Shown piece after piece: positions 1 to 10,066 of a stretch of 20,000 nucleotides of DNA (position 1 is its first letter; every line of letters starts with the position of its first letter). A program made the translations under genes and the position numbers. This DNA comes from Malacoraja senta. Lineage: Eukaryota. Below the pieces are notes generated by a model. The model saw nothing but the letters and a program-made list of their open reading frames with translations. It was not told where the DNA came from and did not search any database. Location of the stretch: contig JAXLNO010000686.1 of NCBI GenBank assembly GCA_038087875.1, forward strand, positions 61,877 to 81,876, read 5' to 3'.

Positions 1-61
1 CGAAACTTCGTTCAGACCGAAAGGTCTGAATGACAAATAAAGGAATCTCTAATCTCTAATC
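1..61 (+). mobile_element. 3' tail of a non-LTR retrotransposon (stem-loop, AATAAA, short microsatellite tail); family uncertain
   Basis: Hairpin TTCAGACC-GAAA-GGTCTGAA (11-30), then AATAAA (36-41) and (AATCTCT)2 AATC. Stem-loop plus microsatellite tail is the usual 3' end of CR1/L2/Rex1-group LINEs. Only about 60 bp are visible. Confidence 0.5.
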
Positions 62-76
62 GCTTCCTGATATAGT

Positions 77-294
77 GTTAAACATGAACTGCAGATGCTG
101 GAAAATCGAAGGTACACAAAAATGCTGGAGAAACTCAGCGGGTGCAGCAGCATCTATGGAGCGAAGGAAATAGGCAACGTTTCGGGCCGAAACCCTTCTT
201 GTCTGAAGAAGGGTTTCGGCCCGAAACGTTGCCTATTTCCTTCGCTCCATAGATGCTGCTGCACCCGCTGAGTTTCTCCAGCATTTTTGTGTAC
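77..294. mobile_element. Palindromic non-autonomous element, probably derived from a Penelope-like element terminal repeat, with 14-bp target-site duplication
   Basis: Perfect inverted repeat: 108-200 is the reverse complement of 206-298 (93-bp arms, 5-nt loop GTCTG). Flanked by the direct repeat CTTCCTGATATAGT at 63-76 and 295-308. Contains a CTGAAGA...GAAAC motif typical of Penelope-like terminal repeats. Confidence 0.75.
201..235 (+). ncRNA. Minimal type I hammerhead-ribozyme-like motif
   Basis: CTGAAGA (203-209; CUGANGA core), one extra A, stem II GGGT/TTCG/GCCC (211-222, UUCG tetraloop), GAAA (223-226), CGTT (227-230; GUU fits the NUH rule). Helix I pairing in this copy is weak (about 2 bp). 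Confidence 0.5.
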
Positions 295-455
295 CTTCCT
301 GATATAGTAGTGGCCAGAGGATCTGGGGTGACGGAGGAACTGAAGGAAATCCACATTAGGCAGGAAATGGTGTTGGATAGACTGATGGGACTGAAGGCTG
401 ATAAATCCCCGGGGCCTGATGGTCTGCATCCCAGGGTACTTAAGGAAGTGGCTCT
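295..455 (+). mobile_element. CR1-clade LINE ORF2 fragment (first 14 bp duplicated at 63-76)
   Basis: Translates to LPDIVVARGSGVTEELKEIHIRQEMVLDRLMGLKADKSPGPDGLHPRVLKEVAL. KSPGPDGxHPRVLKE is the characteristic CR1 pre-RT motif. Ends abruptly where the L1 starts. Confidence 0.85.
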
Positions 456-652
456 GGGGCTTCCGGTGGCGCCATGCTTTGCTAGCAGTCGCAAAATTTT
501 TAGCTCCGCTGAAAAAAAACACACGATTTTTCGCGTTAAAATCGGGTCTGGAGGTCGGGACCGTTTTTAAAAACTTACCGGAGTCTCATGTCGCGGCGCT
601 GATGACGTCATCAGTAAGCGCCGTGAATTTAACGGAGGGAAAGTCATTTTAA
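456..652 (+). promoter_or_regulatory. L1 5'UTR / putative internal promoter
   Basis: CpG-rich compared with the AT-rich L1 body. ETS-like CTTCCGG (460-466), YY1-like CGCCAT (470-475), and CRE TGACGTCA (603-610) within a 16-bp palindrome (599-614). Function is inferred from L1 biology. Confidence 0.55.
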
Positions 653-1663
653 ATGAAAAGTACATCTCCAGGTCAGAGCCCACAGAGGAAAGTTACAAAA
701 CAATCGCTGAAGACTCTCGAACATCAAGAAACTGCAAAACGGACCTCTGGAGGGGTTTCTGGAATGGACACACGATCTAAGACTGAGATGACCACAAAAG
801 AGAAAACCGAATTGGAGGAGTTAAAAAACTCGGTAAGAGATTTGAAAAATGACTTGAAAGTTGGAAACATAAATTTGATGGCCGGTAATGAAAAAATACT
901 TGTGGGCATTGGTGCTCTGCAAAAAAGAGTGGATGATGTGCAAGAAGAATTAACGGGGAAAATTAATAAGATGGCAGAAGAGACCACAAAGATGTTTGAG
1001 GCTGTGCATGAAACTGTTTCTGCAAATGTAACTGCAGTGAAAGATATGGAAGCTGTTGTGGAAGAGATGACCGGAGAGATGCAGACGATGAAGTTAGAAA
1101 TAGACAGCCTCAAGAGCCATCTTACAAAAGTGTCTGATAAATGTGTTGACCTAGAAGCTCGCTCAAGACGTCAAAATATACGTATACGTGGAGTAAAAGA
1201 GGGAGCTGAGGGGGACAATGCTTGTGAGTTCACTGCCAATCTAATTAAACACGTACTCAAACTACCTGAGGCACCTGTAATTGAAGTAGCACATCGACTA
1301 CCCAGATTTAAACCAAGATCTCAAGGAGCACATGCCTACCCACGACAGATCATAGTTAAACTTCGGGATATCCCAACAATGGAAGCGCTGATGAAAAAAA
1401 TCAAATATGGAGAGGAGATGATGTACAGAAATGATTCTATTAAACTCCTACGGGACTACCCTTACGAGATTGTGCAAAAGAGAAGAAAGTTCTCACAGAC
1501 CAGAGAAGTTCTTTACGGTGTCAAGGGTGTCATATGTGGAGTGTATTATCCGGCCAGGATGCGTATTACTTTCATGGGAAAGTCAAAAACATTCATTAAC
1601 TCGGTAGAATCTCTTAAATACGCTCAAGAAATCGTGGCCAAGGCAGCAATAAGTGAAGATTGA
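653..1663 (+). CDS. L1 ORF1p (coiled coil, RRM, CTD), 336 aa, open frame
   Basis: Heptad-rich N-terminal half; conserved DLEARSRRQNIRIRGVKEGAEG, IEVAHR, PRQIIVKL and YPARMRI motifs of vertebrate L1 ORF1p. Confidence 0.93.
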   Translation: MKSTSPGQSPQRKVTKQSLKTLEHQETAKRTSGGVSGMDTRSKTEMTTKEKTELEELKNSVRDLKNDLKVGNINLMAGNEKILVGIGALQKRVDDVQEELTGKINKMAEETTKMFEAVHETVSANVTAVKDMEAVVEEMTGEMQTMKLEIDSLKSHLTKVSDKCVDLEARSRRQNIRIRGVKEGAEGDNACEFTANLIKHVLKLPEAPVIEVAHRLPRFKPRSQGAHAYPRQIIVKLRDIPTMEALMKKIKYGEEMMYRNDSIKLLRDYPYEIVQKRRKFSQTREVLYGVKGVICGVYYPARMRITFMGKSKTFINSVESLKYAQEIVAKAAISED

Positions 1664-2595
1664 TCACCAAGACATCATGAACAAACTAATTTGTTTATTC
1701 CCCCATCAAGAATATCACAAGAAAAGTGAAATAACTGAACATAAATCTTTTAAAATTATTACACGCAACAGATTTTCCAGGAGACGTGTCTAGACATTAT
1801 TATCTCCCCTTGAACATTGCGGCATCTAACTCAAGGACACTCTGTGCTCAAACGAGGAAAGACTGATAACATGAGACTGACGATCTGATGTGCTGAGAGC
1901 GAAAAACATCACATGGCTTATATAATTTTATAAAATATTGAGAATCAATAATAATTAATAATTAACAATACCAATATAGAAATAGAAATTGAAACTGATA
2001 AAAATGTGTTGCCTGCTTTATAACACAGACAACAGTAATTACATATGTTCCGCAGCTCGAGTGGGGAGGGGAGGAGACTTGGCACCTGGCATAACTCCAG
2101 GAGCCTGACTCCGGTTAACCCTTTCAGCGAACAGCTCACTTTTAACAATACTAAAACCAATTCAAAATAGTTAAGAGATAAAGAGTGAGGAATATATGTA
2201 ACTGAATACAATTGAAGTCGGAATGAAACATATATATATACTGCAACTAGGGTGAAATAGAACTGATTTGGAAACGGTACCGACCCCCTAGGTTTTGGGT
2301 AATAAAGGCAGCGGGGCTAACATCATAACATCTACGCCGGAAGCGATATCGATGTCGTACCCCACAGACGAGTGGGACACTCACTACGGTGTTGAAATCT
2401 CAGACACCGTAAACTTATTTGATATACTCTTTTTAATTTTTTTTATCACAATACGTCACATCTATGTGTTTTCTTTCCAAGGACAATCGCGGAGGAGAAC
2501 TACCAAGGAAGTCTATAATAGAAATGCCCCCAAAATAACCAGAGTCCTGATGTATGAATGCACCATAATAAATAAGATCATTAAAATTGGTAAAA

Positions 2596-5500
2596 ATGTA
2601 TGATGACAATCAAAAGAAAATGGGAGGAATCACAATATGTAGCTGGAATATAAGGGGTATTAATGAACCTATTAAAAGGGGCAAGATACTAGCTCAGTTG
2701 AAATCATACAACACGGACATTTCGTTTCTACAGGAAACGCATCTTAAACATCAAGATCAGTCGAGACTGAGGGCGAACTGGATAGGACAAACATTTCACT
2801 CTTCATTCACCTCCAAATCTAGAGGTACTGCAATCATCATTCGTAAAGGAATTCCATTTAAATCAAAGAATACTATTTTAGATAAGGAAGGGAGATACCT
2901 TATAGTAGCAGGAGAGATCAATAATACGGCAATTACGCTGGTAAACATATACGCGCCCAATTTCGATAACCCTCAATTTTTAAATAAAATTCTGAATATA
3001 ATTGCAGAATTTAATTATCAAATTGTTATAATTGGAGGAGACTTTAACTGTGTTTTAGACCCTTATCTAGATAAATCGATGCAAAAACAAAAAGGTAATA
3101 TGAAATCTAAAACCAGTGAACTTTTACATACATATATGGAAAACACAAATATAGCAGATGTGTGGAGGATTGCAAACCCGACGGGAAGGGATTATTCGTT
3201 TTATTCAACGGTGCATAAAACATACTCACGGATAGACTATTTTCTTGTGGATACAAAATTAATTCCGCACACTATGAACGCTAAATACCACACTAATGCG
3301 ATCTCAGACCACTCTCCGTTAACTTTTGTTTTAAAACTAGAAGGAATGTCTATGAATAAATCGTTCTGGAGGTTTAACTCGCAAATTTTAAAAGACCCAC
3401 AAGGGAGTATATATCTAAAAAAACAGATGGATCTATTTTTTGAGATAAATGATACACCAGATATTTCCCCCACGCTATTATGGGAATCCTTCAAAGCATT
3501 TATTAGAGGAGTCATTATTTCATTCCAAGCTTATCAAAATAAAAAGAATAAGAATGAACAAAGACATTTAGAAGAACAAATAAAACAATTAGATACAGAT
3601 AATGCTAAAGATCCAACTATGGATAAACATAATAAAATCCTACTATTGAAATTCAAGCTAAATAAATTACTGTCAGAGAAAGTTATAACATTATTTCAAA
3701 TCACAAAACAAGAACACTTCGAATTCGGGGACAAACCCCACAAACTCCTAGCACGGCAACTGAAAAAACGGGAAAAAGAGAATGCAATATTAAAGATTAA
3801 ATCAGACAGAGGGGAATTATTAACACTACCCAAGGATATCAATAAAAGATTTGCTCAATTTTACCAGAATCTATACACATCTAAAACGTTAATAGACAAT
3901 AATAAAATCTCAGAATTTTTAGATAACTGTAACCTACCACAATTAGAACTGAGGGAACAAGAGGAACTGGGAGCACAAATTACTTCTAAGGAGATAGAAG
4001 ACACAATAAAAACACTAAAGAATGGAAAAACACCAGGACCAGACGGATTCAGTAATGAATTTTATAAATCTTTTTATGACATAGTTACTCCACGATTACA
4101 GAAAATGTATGCACATGCTTTTAAAGAGCAAAACTTACCTGAAACACTAGCAGAATCAACGATCATATTAATACTTTAAAAAGATAAAAATATAGAAGAA
4201 CCAGGATCATATAGAGCTATAGCTTTGTTAAATATGGATCAAAAAATAATAGCGAAAACACTAGCCAGTAGACTAAGCAGGTATGTTAGTAGACTAATAA
4301 ATGAGGATCAAACAGGATTTATACCTAAGAGACATTCATTTAATAATTTGAGACGTTTGCTTAACATAATGCACTCACATAAATCTCAGGACCAAGAGTT
4401 ATCTATCATCTCATTGGACGCAGAAAAAGCGTTTGATCAAGTAGAAACACTAGCCAGTAGACTAAGCAGGTATGTTAGTAGACTAATAAATGAGGATCAA
4501 ACAGGATTTATAACTAAGAGACATTCATTTAATAATTTGAGACGTTTGCTTAACATAATGCACTCACATAAATCTCAGGACCAAGAGTTATCTATCATCT
4601 CATTGGACACAGAAAAAGCGTTTGATCAAGTAGAATGGGACTATATGATTAAAGTATTGCAAAAATTCCAATTGGGAGAGAACTTCATCGCTTGGATAAA
4701 ACTATTATATAACAAACCTACGGCTAGAATACTAACTAATAATATATTATCCTCAAAATTTGAACTATCAAGGGGCAATAGACAAGGATGTTCATTATCA
4801 CCGCTGTTATTTGCTTTAGTAATTGAACCCCTTGCTGAAAAAATAAGAACACACATGGATATTTACGGTTATAATACAAAATATTCAAATAACAAAATAT
4901 CCTTATATGCCGATGACGTACTTTTGTACATCACAAAACCACAAATTAGTATACCAAATATATTAAATTTAATTGAGGACTTTGGATCCTTTTCAGGATA
5001 TAGAATAAACTGGAACAAAAGTGAAATTATGTCGATAAAACCAAAAGACTCAACACACCTCAGGAAATTCCCCTTTAAAATAGCTACAGAAAAATTCAAA
5101 TATTTGGGAATTGAAATTACTAGAAATTACCAGGATATGTTTAAAGCCAATTATAATCCCTTACTTAAGAAATTAAATAATATGATTAAATTCTGGAAAA
5201 CACTTCCGATGTCCTTAATAGGCAGAATAAATGCTATAAAAATGATTTTCTTACCACAAATCCTATACCTATTTCAATCAATACCTATATATCTCCCAAA
5301 AAAGTTTTTCAAAAAATTGGACTCAGACATTACAAATTTTATATGGGATTATAAATCCCATAGAATACAAAGAGCACAACTTAATAAACGAAAAGAGTTT
5401 GGGGGTCTCGCGCTCCCTAACTTTATGTATTATAAATGGGCAGTAAATATTAAAAATATGATTCACCTGCTGGACAATTCTGCCCAGCAGGCGGACTGGA

Positions 5501-6572
5501 TTATAATGGAAAAAGGGGACTGTTCCCCGAGTAATATAGGAGCGATTATTCTCTCTCCAATAAATTTGAATAATAAAAATTATAATAAAAAACCAATTAT
5601 AAATAGCACAATTAGAACATGGAAACAAATAAAACAGAATCTAAAATTAAGAAACCTATCTCTCTCAATACCAATAGTTAATAACCCATCGTTTAAACCT
5701 TCAACCATAGACAAATCATTTATACAATGGGAAAGAATGGGAATCAAAACGCTCGAAGATCTGTATGAATGGGGAAAATTACTATCATTTCAACAACTAC
5801 AACTGAAATATAATCTGAAAAATAATCAATATTTTAAATATCTACAAATTCGTGATTACCTGAAAAAATACACAAAAGACTATCATAATATGCCTTCCGA
5901 CTTACTAGATGAAGCAATGAAGACAAAGGCGGAATCAGCTAATCTAATATCGTACTTATATAATATCATTTTAAACATAGAAATACCCACAACAGAAGGA
6001 ATTAGAAGAGACTGGGAACAAGAATTAGATATAAAAATTTCAAAAGAGAGCTGGGATAACCACTTACTACAGGTGCATAAATGTTCGATCAACGTACGAC
6101 ATACGCTCATCCAATTCAAAACATTACATAGACTATATTATTCAAAAACTAAATTAAATAAAATCTTTCCTAATGTTTCACCAATCTGTGATAAATGTCT
6201 ATGTCAAGAAGCTACTTTTATTCTTTTATTTTTTGTACCAAAATCCAAAAATTCTGGTATGAAATATTTGATATTTTCTCAAAATTAATTAAAATAAAAC
6301 TGGTACCAAAACCAGAATGGATCATTTTTGGAATATCGGAAGGTATCCCTGAATTAAACGTGTATCAGAAGAACTTATTCAATTACGGGCTAATAATGGG
6401 AAAAAGGCTTATACTTAAATTCTGGAAAAATGCGCCCACACCAACAATAAAAATGTGGACATCAAATATGTTGGAAACATTACATCTGGAAGAGATGAGA
6501 TTCCTCTTAGCAGGGAAAGCAGACCAATTCCAAAAGACGTGGTCTACGTTTTTGGACCTATTACAAGCATGA
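2596..6572 (+). pseudogene. L1 ORF2p (APE endonuclease, reverse transcriptase, C-terminal Cys/His region), disrupted
   Basis: SWNIRG, FLQETH, NIYAPN, GGDFN, SRIDY, SDHSP (endonuclease); KTPGPDGF, SLDAEKAFD, RQGCSLSPLLF, YADD, KYLGI (RT); CDKC. In-frame TAA at 4177-4179 (ORFs 2587 and 4225 share a frame), 189-bp duplication, and a frameshift at about 6215-6220 into the frame ending at TGA 6572. Confidence 0.95.
4258..4635 (+). repeat. Tandem in-frame duplication of 189 bp (63 codons) in the L1 RT domain
   Basis: 4258-4446 and 4447-4635 both encode TLASRLSRY...SLD(A/T)EKAFDQVE. I see two substitutions (P>T, A>T). Confidence 0.95.
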
Positions 6573-7945
6573 GGTGCAATAGTAATTAAAAAAAAAAATA
6601 AAGAAAGAAATGGTATCAGGACCTGGTAATGGGAGGTAAAACAATAAAAACAGACTTGGTTGGTGGTTCCCTTTCTGTGATTGTTCCTACTTTCTTTTTC
6701 TTTCTTTTCTAGGATCTACTTTCTTACTTTACTTCCTTCTCTAACTTCTTTTCCAAGGGGCTTTCTTTTCGCAACACTCTCTTGCACCTCACGACTCTTG
6801 CGCACTTTCTTTACTTTTCTTACTTCTATCTTTCTCTTAAAGCTTAAAAAAATGAAGCGGTATAAAGAATGTATTAAGATATAAGTGTTGTGTATTACTG
6901 TAATTTACCGTACTTCTAATAAAAATATTTTTTTTAAAAAGGGGGGTGGCATGATAGGATTACAAAAATTGTATGTGAAATAATGTTCACGCAGCACACA
7001 TCACAAGTGGGAAGCCCCTCGCGTCCGGGTTCATTCTGAGCCTTATTTTGGAGCATTTGTGCACCAAATTTATGACCACTATTTCAGAAATAATTTTGGT
7101 TGAGTCAAGAGTAATGAGTGGGTGGAATGGGATGATTGGGGTCATTGTTGTATACATTTTTTTAAAAATCAAGAATTGTTGTCCTTGCTTCAATAATCAA
7201 GTTGTACTGTTGTAAAATGTTATGTAAAATGTAAGCATGCAAAAACTGCATAAAATACTGTATGTATTTGCAGTAAAGAAAACCTTTTTTTAGAAAATGT
7301 TTTGTGTGTTAATTTGATTGCCTGTTACTGTTAGACTGTGTTAGCGTGTGCAGTGCACCTTTAATGGTCCTCCTGACCTAACAACTTCACATCACATCAA
7401 TTTCAACATGAAATAGTGATGTGAATACAACATTTAGTTCGACTTCAATTTCTATCATGAAAATTAAAGCCAAACTAAATGGTGCATTTACATTACTATG
7501 ATCGCTTTCAAACTAATCTATTTTACTGTCATACTATTATAACAAATTCTAGTTCCATGATGCCTCATAAACAAGATCACAAATCACATTTTGAATTCTC
7601 AAACATAATGTGATTGTGAATAATTGCAGAGCTCCCAAGTTTCACTGAGCATTTCTGTATTTTGATGGCTGAAAATTAGTATTTTGTAGGAGAAATCGGT
7701 ATTTCTCACATAAATGCAATAGAACGTACTACACAGAAACTGGATTTTTGAAAATCAGTATTTTGCATGCAACCTCATGTATTCTCAAATATCAGTATGG
7801 AATACTGAAAATCAGTACTACTGAATTGTGAAACCATTTTTGAGATGTGAATTTATAATTCTTGATTTTGATTCCATAACATAAAAATATATAATAACAT
7901 AACATAAATTTCACAATTCATCATATAGTTTACTAAACCATCAAA

Positions 7946-8160
7946 CATGCTGGCATGATGCTGCATAATCATTCAGGTGCTCCTGGTAAATGTCACATAA
8001 AGGTGAGTAGCATGGTAAGTAGAATTTAAAAAAATCACCCAGTGTTACTATTGTTGAGCCACGCTGACTATTATGACTGGAATTAGTTCTTAGTTCACTG
8101 TCACTCAGCACGCAGCATGCTGGCATGATGCTGCAAAATCAATCATGTGCTCCTGAATGT
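7946..8160 (+). repeat. Imperfect ~45-bp direct repeat pair
   Basis: CATGCTGGCATGATGCTGCA(T/A)AATCA(T/A)TCA(G/T)GTGCTCCTG starting at 7946 and at 8116. Confidence 0.8.
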
Positions 8161-8268
8161 ATATTGCCATTTACCACTACTTATATTAATGCAAGGGCAT
8201 TCGTTGGCCTTAGCCTATATGCCATCCCTGGTTCCACGAATATAGCACCTCAGACCAGTTTATCCAGC

Positions 8269-8518
8269 ATGGCAGTCCTCAGTTTGTTAATGCTGTCAAA
8301 GCATGTGTCGTTCCGCAGTACACTGATGTAGGTGGCCCTACTTCTACCTCTTCTTGCAGTGCCCCGTTTGGTCTCCAAGTGTGACTTTATCTTTAATGGC
8401 AGTCCTCAGTTCGTTAACGCTGTCCAAGGCCTGTGTCATTCCGCAGCTAGTACACTGATGTTGGTAGCCCGACGTCTACCTCTTCTTGCAGTGCCCTGTT
8501 TGGGCTCCCAAAGTGTGA
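8269..8518 (+). repeat. Diverged tandem duplication, ~120-bp unit
   Basis: ATGGCAGTCCTCAGTT...TCTACCTCTTCTTGCAGTGCCC...AAGTGTGA at 8269-8384 and 8396-8518. Confidence 0.85.
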
Positions 8519-8593
8519 GGGGATTAACAGACAGTTTGGGGTTCCTCTCACAGACTTGGACAACACTCGTGGCAGACCAGCATATATTGCCAT

Positions 8594-8740
8594 TTAGCCA
8601 TAAATCATGTTTTCCAGTTCCATTTTCCAAGAATGTAACTGCGCAAACCTAGTCACGACTTCGTCCAAGTTATGGACAAAGTCATAGTGAATGTGGATTA
8701 AGGCAATTGCAGACAGCCTGTCATTGCTCATGGAAGTCCT
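8594..8740 (-). pseudogene. hAT transposase C-terminal dimerisation-domain remnant (THAP12/PRKRIR-like)
   Basis: My translation of the minus strand: RTSMSNDRLSAIALIHIHYDFVHNLDEVVTRFAQLHSWKMELENMIYG*. It matches the hATC pattern RSTMxxxRLxxLALLxIHxD...DEVxxxFAxxHxRRMEL. Too short for the ORF track. Confidence 0.85.
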
Positions 8741-8801
8741 GGTCTTTGCTTCTTTGCGGATGTGAAAACGTGTTTGTCCTCATTGGCTGGATCAAAGTAA
8801 G

Positions 8802-10066
8802 ATGCCAAGCGAGATTGCGCCCACTGCAAGCAGGCCGCCCGAGGAGCGTCTCTCTGCCGCACAGGCTCATGATCAAAGGGTCCTGGCTACCTCCGCAGTC
8901 AAATGGAGGGGGACAGGCGGGGTCGGCAGAACGCCATGGAGAGACTGGCTGCTGACAAGGCCAAGTATTTAAAGAGCCAGACGCCGAGGGGGTGCAAAGT
9001 GGAGCCCAATGGTTTGGGCAGCTCTGCCTCCGAGGAAGGCAGCGGCAGCGGCAGCGGGGCCAGCAGCAACATGAAGACTTACCTGGCCTCCGGCAGCCCC
9101 CAGCAGAGCGGGCAGCTGGGGCTTCCGCCTGACATTGTGCATCGCTCCAGCTCCAAGAGGCAGCTCAGGCCCGACTCGCTGGTCATGTACCGGCAGAAGT
9201 GCGAGTTGGTGCGGGGAGCGGCGGCCACCAGCAGCACCCGCACTTTAAAGGACAGTGGCAGCCTGATCCGGCGGCTGCTGCTCGGCTCTAGCGGCCGCGG
9301 CGACAAGCAGCTGGGGCCGGCAACGGGAGCAGCAACGTCGGAAGGGGGAGAATTATCAGAGGGTACAGAGGCTGCAGCACCCCAGGGTGCACAAGTAACC
9401 ACACCAGCGGCACTCCAGGGAGCAACAGCAGCCTCGCCAGCAACACCCCAGGGTGCACAAGTAAATACACCAGCAACACCCAAGGGTGCACAAGTAACTA
9501 CACCAGCAGCACCCAAGGGTGCACAAGTAACCACACCAGCAGCGCCCCAGGAAGCACCAGTTGCCACGCTAGCAGCATCCCAGGGTGCACAAGTAACTAC
9601 ACCAGCAGCACCCCAGGAAGCACCAGTTGCCGCGCCAGCAGCATCCCAGGGTGCACAAGTGACTACACCAGCAGCACCCCAGGAAGCACCAGTTGCCACA
9701 CCAGCAGCACCCAAGGGTGCACTAGTAACTACACCAGCAGCACCCCAGGAAGCACCAGTTGCCACGCTAGCAGCATCCCAGGGTGCACAAGTAACTACGC
9801 CAGCAGCACCCAAGGGTGCACGTAACTACGCCAGCAGCGCCACAAGAAGCAGCAGCAGGTCGGTCCCAAGGAGCCGCACAAGCGGCAGGTTGGTGAAGGC
9901 GGATTATGGCGCTCGCACTCTGACCTAAGCTGCCGCTTCTCCCGAGCCTGCTCGGGCTTGGACAGTTTCTTCAAGCACTGCGGACTGGAGCCTGAGGTGA
10001 TCGAGAACCTGGCCAGGGAGAAATTTGTCGCCTTCGAAAGCCTTGCCCTCAGGTTTCGCAGCGTGA
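8802..10066 (+). pseudogene. FAM110C: FAM110C-like pseudogene (multiple frameshifts, 3' truncated)
   Basis: Family motifs lie in different frames: MPSE (ATG 8802); LPHRLMIKG/PGYLRSQ (extra T at 8881; compare PLRILNKGPDYFRR); ERLAADKAKYLKS and LRPDSLVMYRQKCELVRG (ORF 8903; FAM110C has ERLAADRAKY and LRPDSLIIYRQKCEFVRG); GLWRSHSDLSCRFS...DSFFKHCGLEPEVIENLAREKF...LRFRSV from 9901. The terminal SVIERNARIIKWLY motif is absent. Comparisons are from memory. Confidence 0.88.
9371..9857 (+). repeat. 33-bp coding-frame minisatellite, about 14.5 copies (11-aa PAAPxGAQVTT / PAAPQEAPVAT units)
   Basis: Consensus CCAGCAGCACCC(C/A)AGGGTGCACAAGTAACTACA. Two unit types alternate in the 3' half (66-bp higher-order period). 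2-bp deletion (CAAGTA>CGTA) at 9821-9822. Confidence 0.95.

Larger units (their letters stand above)
456..6940 (+). mobile_element. Full-length L1-clade LINE (L1-A), inactivated
   Basis: Starts GGGGCTTCCGGTGGCG. CpG-rich 5'UTR, ORF1, ~0.9-kb spacer, ORF2 with APE endonuclease, RT and C-terminal Cys-rich region, pyrimidine-rich 3'UTR, AATAAA at 6918-6923 and short A run to 6940. Confidence 0.95.
6941..8740 (-). mobile_element. 3' portion of a hAT-superfamily DNA transposon (transposase tail plus downstream region); left boundary uncertain
   Basis: Anchored by the transposase C-terminus at 8594-8740. AT-rich downstream sequence with internal repeats. 6941-7100 (GAAGCCCCTCGCGTCCGGG...ATTCTGAGCCTTATTTTGGAGCATTT) resembles hAT subterminal sequence from memory. 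No terminal inverted repeat seen at this end. Confidence 0.5.

Noticed and set aside
11..30. Bacterial intrinsic terminator or retron-type system
   Set aside because: No U tract; followed by AATAAA and a microsatellite; all RTs in the window are eukaryotic LINE types.
135..652. Short ORFs at the window start
   Set aside because: Chimeric readings across the palindrome, CR1 fragment and L1 5'UTR; only the CR1 portion is real coding ancestry.
2295..2603. Possible third L1 ORF in the spacer
   Set aside because: Non-ATG start, no motifs, low-complexity T-rich content; cannot be supported without conservation data.
7005..7020. AAGTGGGAAGCCCCT as the missing MITE TIR
   Set aside because: Imperfect match, and it lies upstream of the left TIR so it cannot close the element.
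9079..9813. 244-aa minus-strand ORF
   Set aside because: Antisense shadow of the GC-rich minisatellite.
9371..9857. Antifreeze-protein-like Thr/Ala/Pro repeat (11-residue period, TPAA)
   Set aside because: No continuous (Thr-Ala/Pro-Ala)n tripeptide array, too Pro-rich for a type I AFP helix, no signal peptide, and embedded between FAM110 motifs.
9371..9857. CRISPR-like array
   Set aside because: Units are contiguous with no unique spacers, and the context is eukaryotic.
8903..9928. Intact 341-aa gene
   Set aside because: It covers only the middle of FAM110C; the N- and C-terminal family motifs are in other frames.
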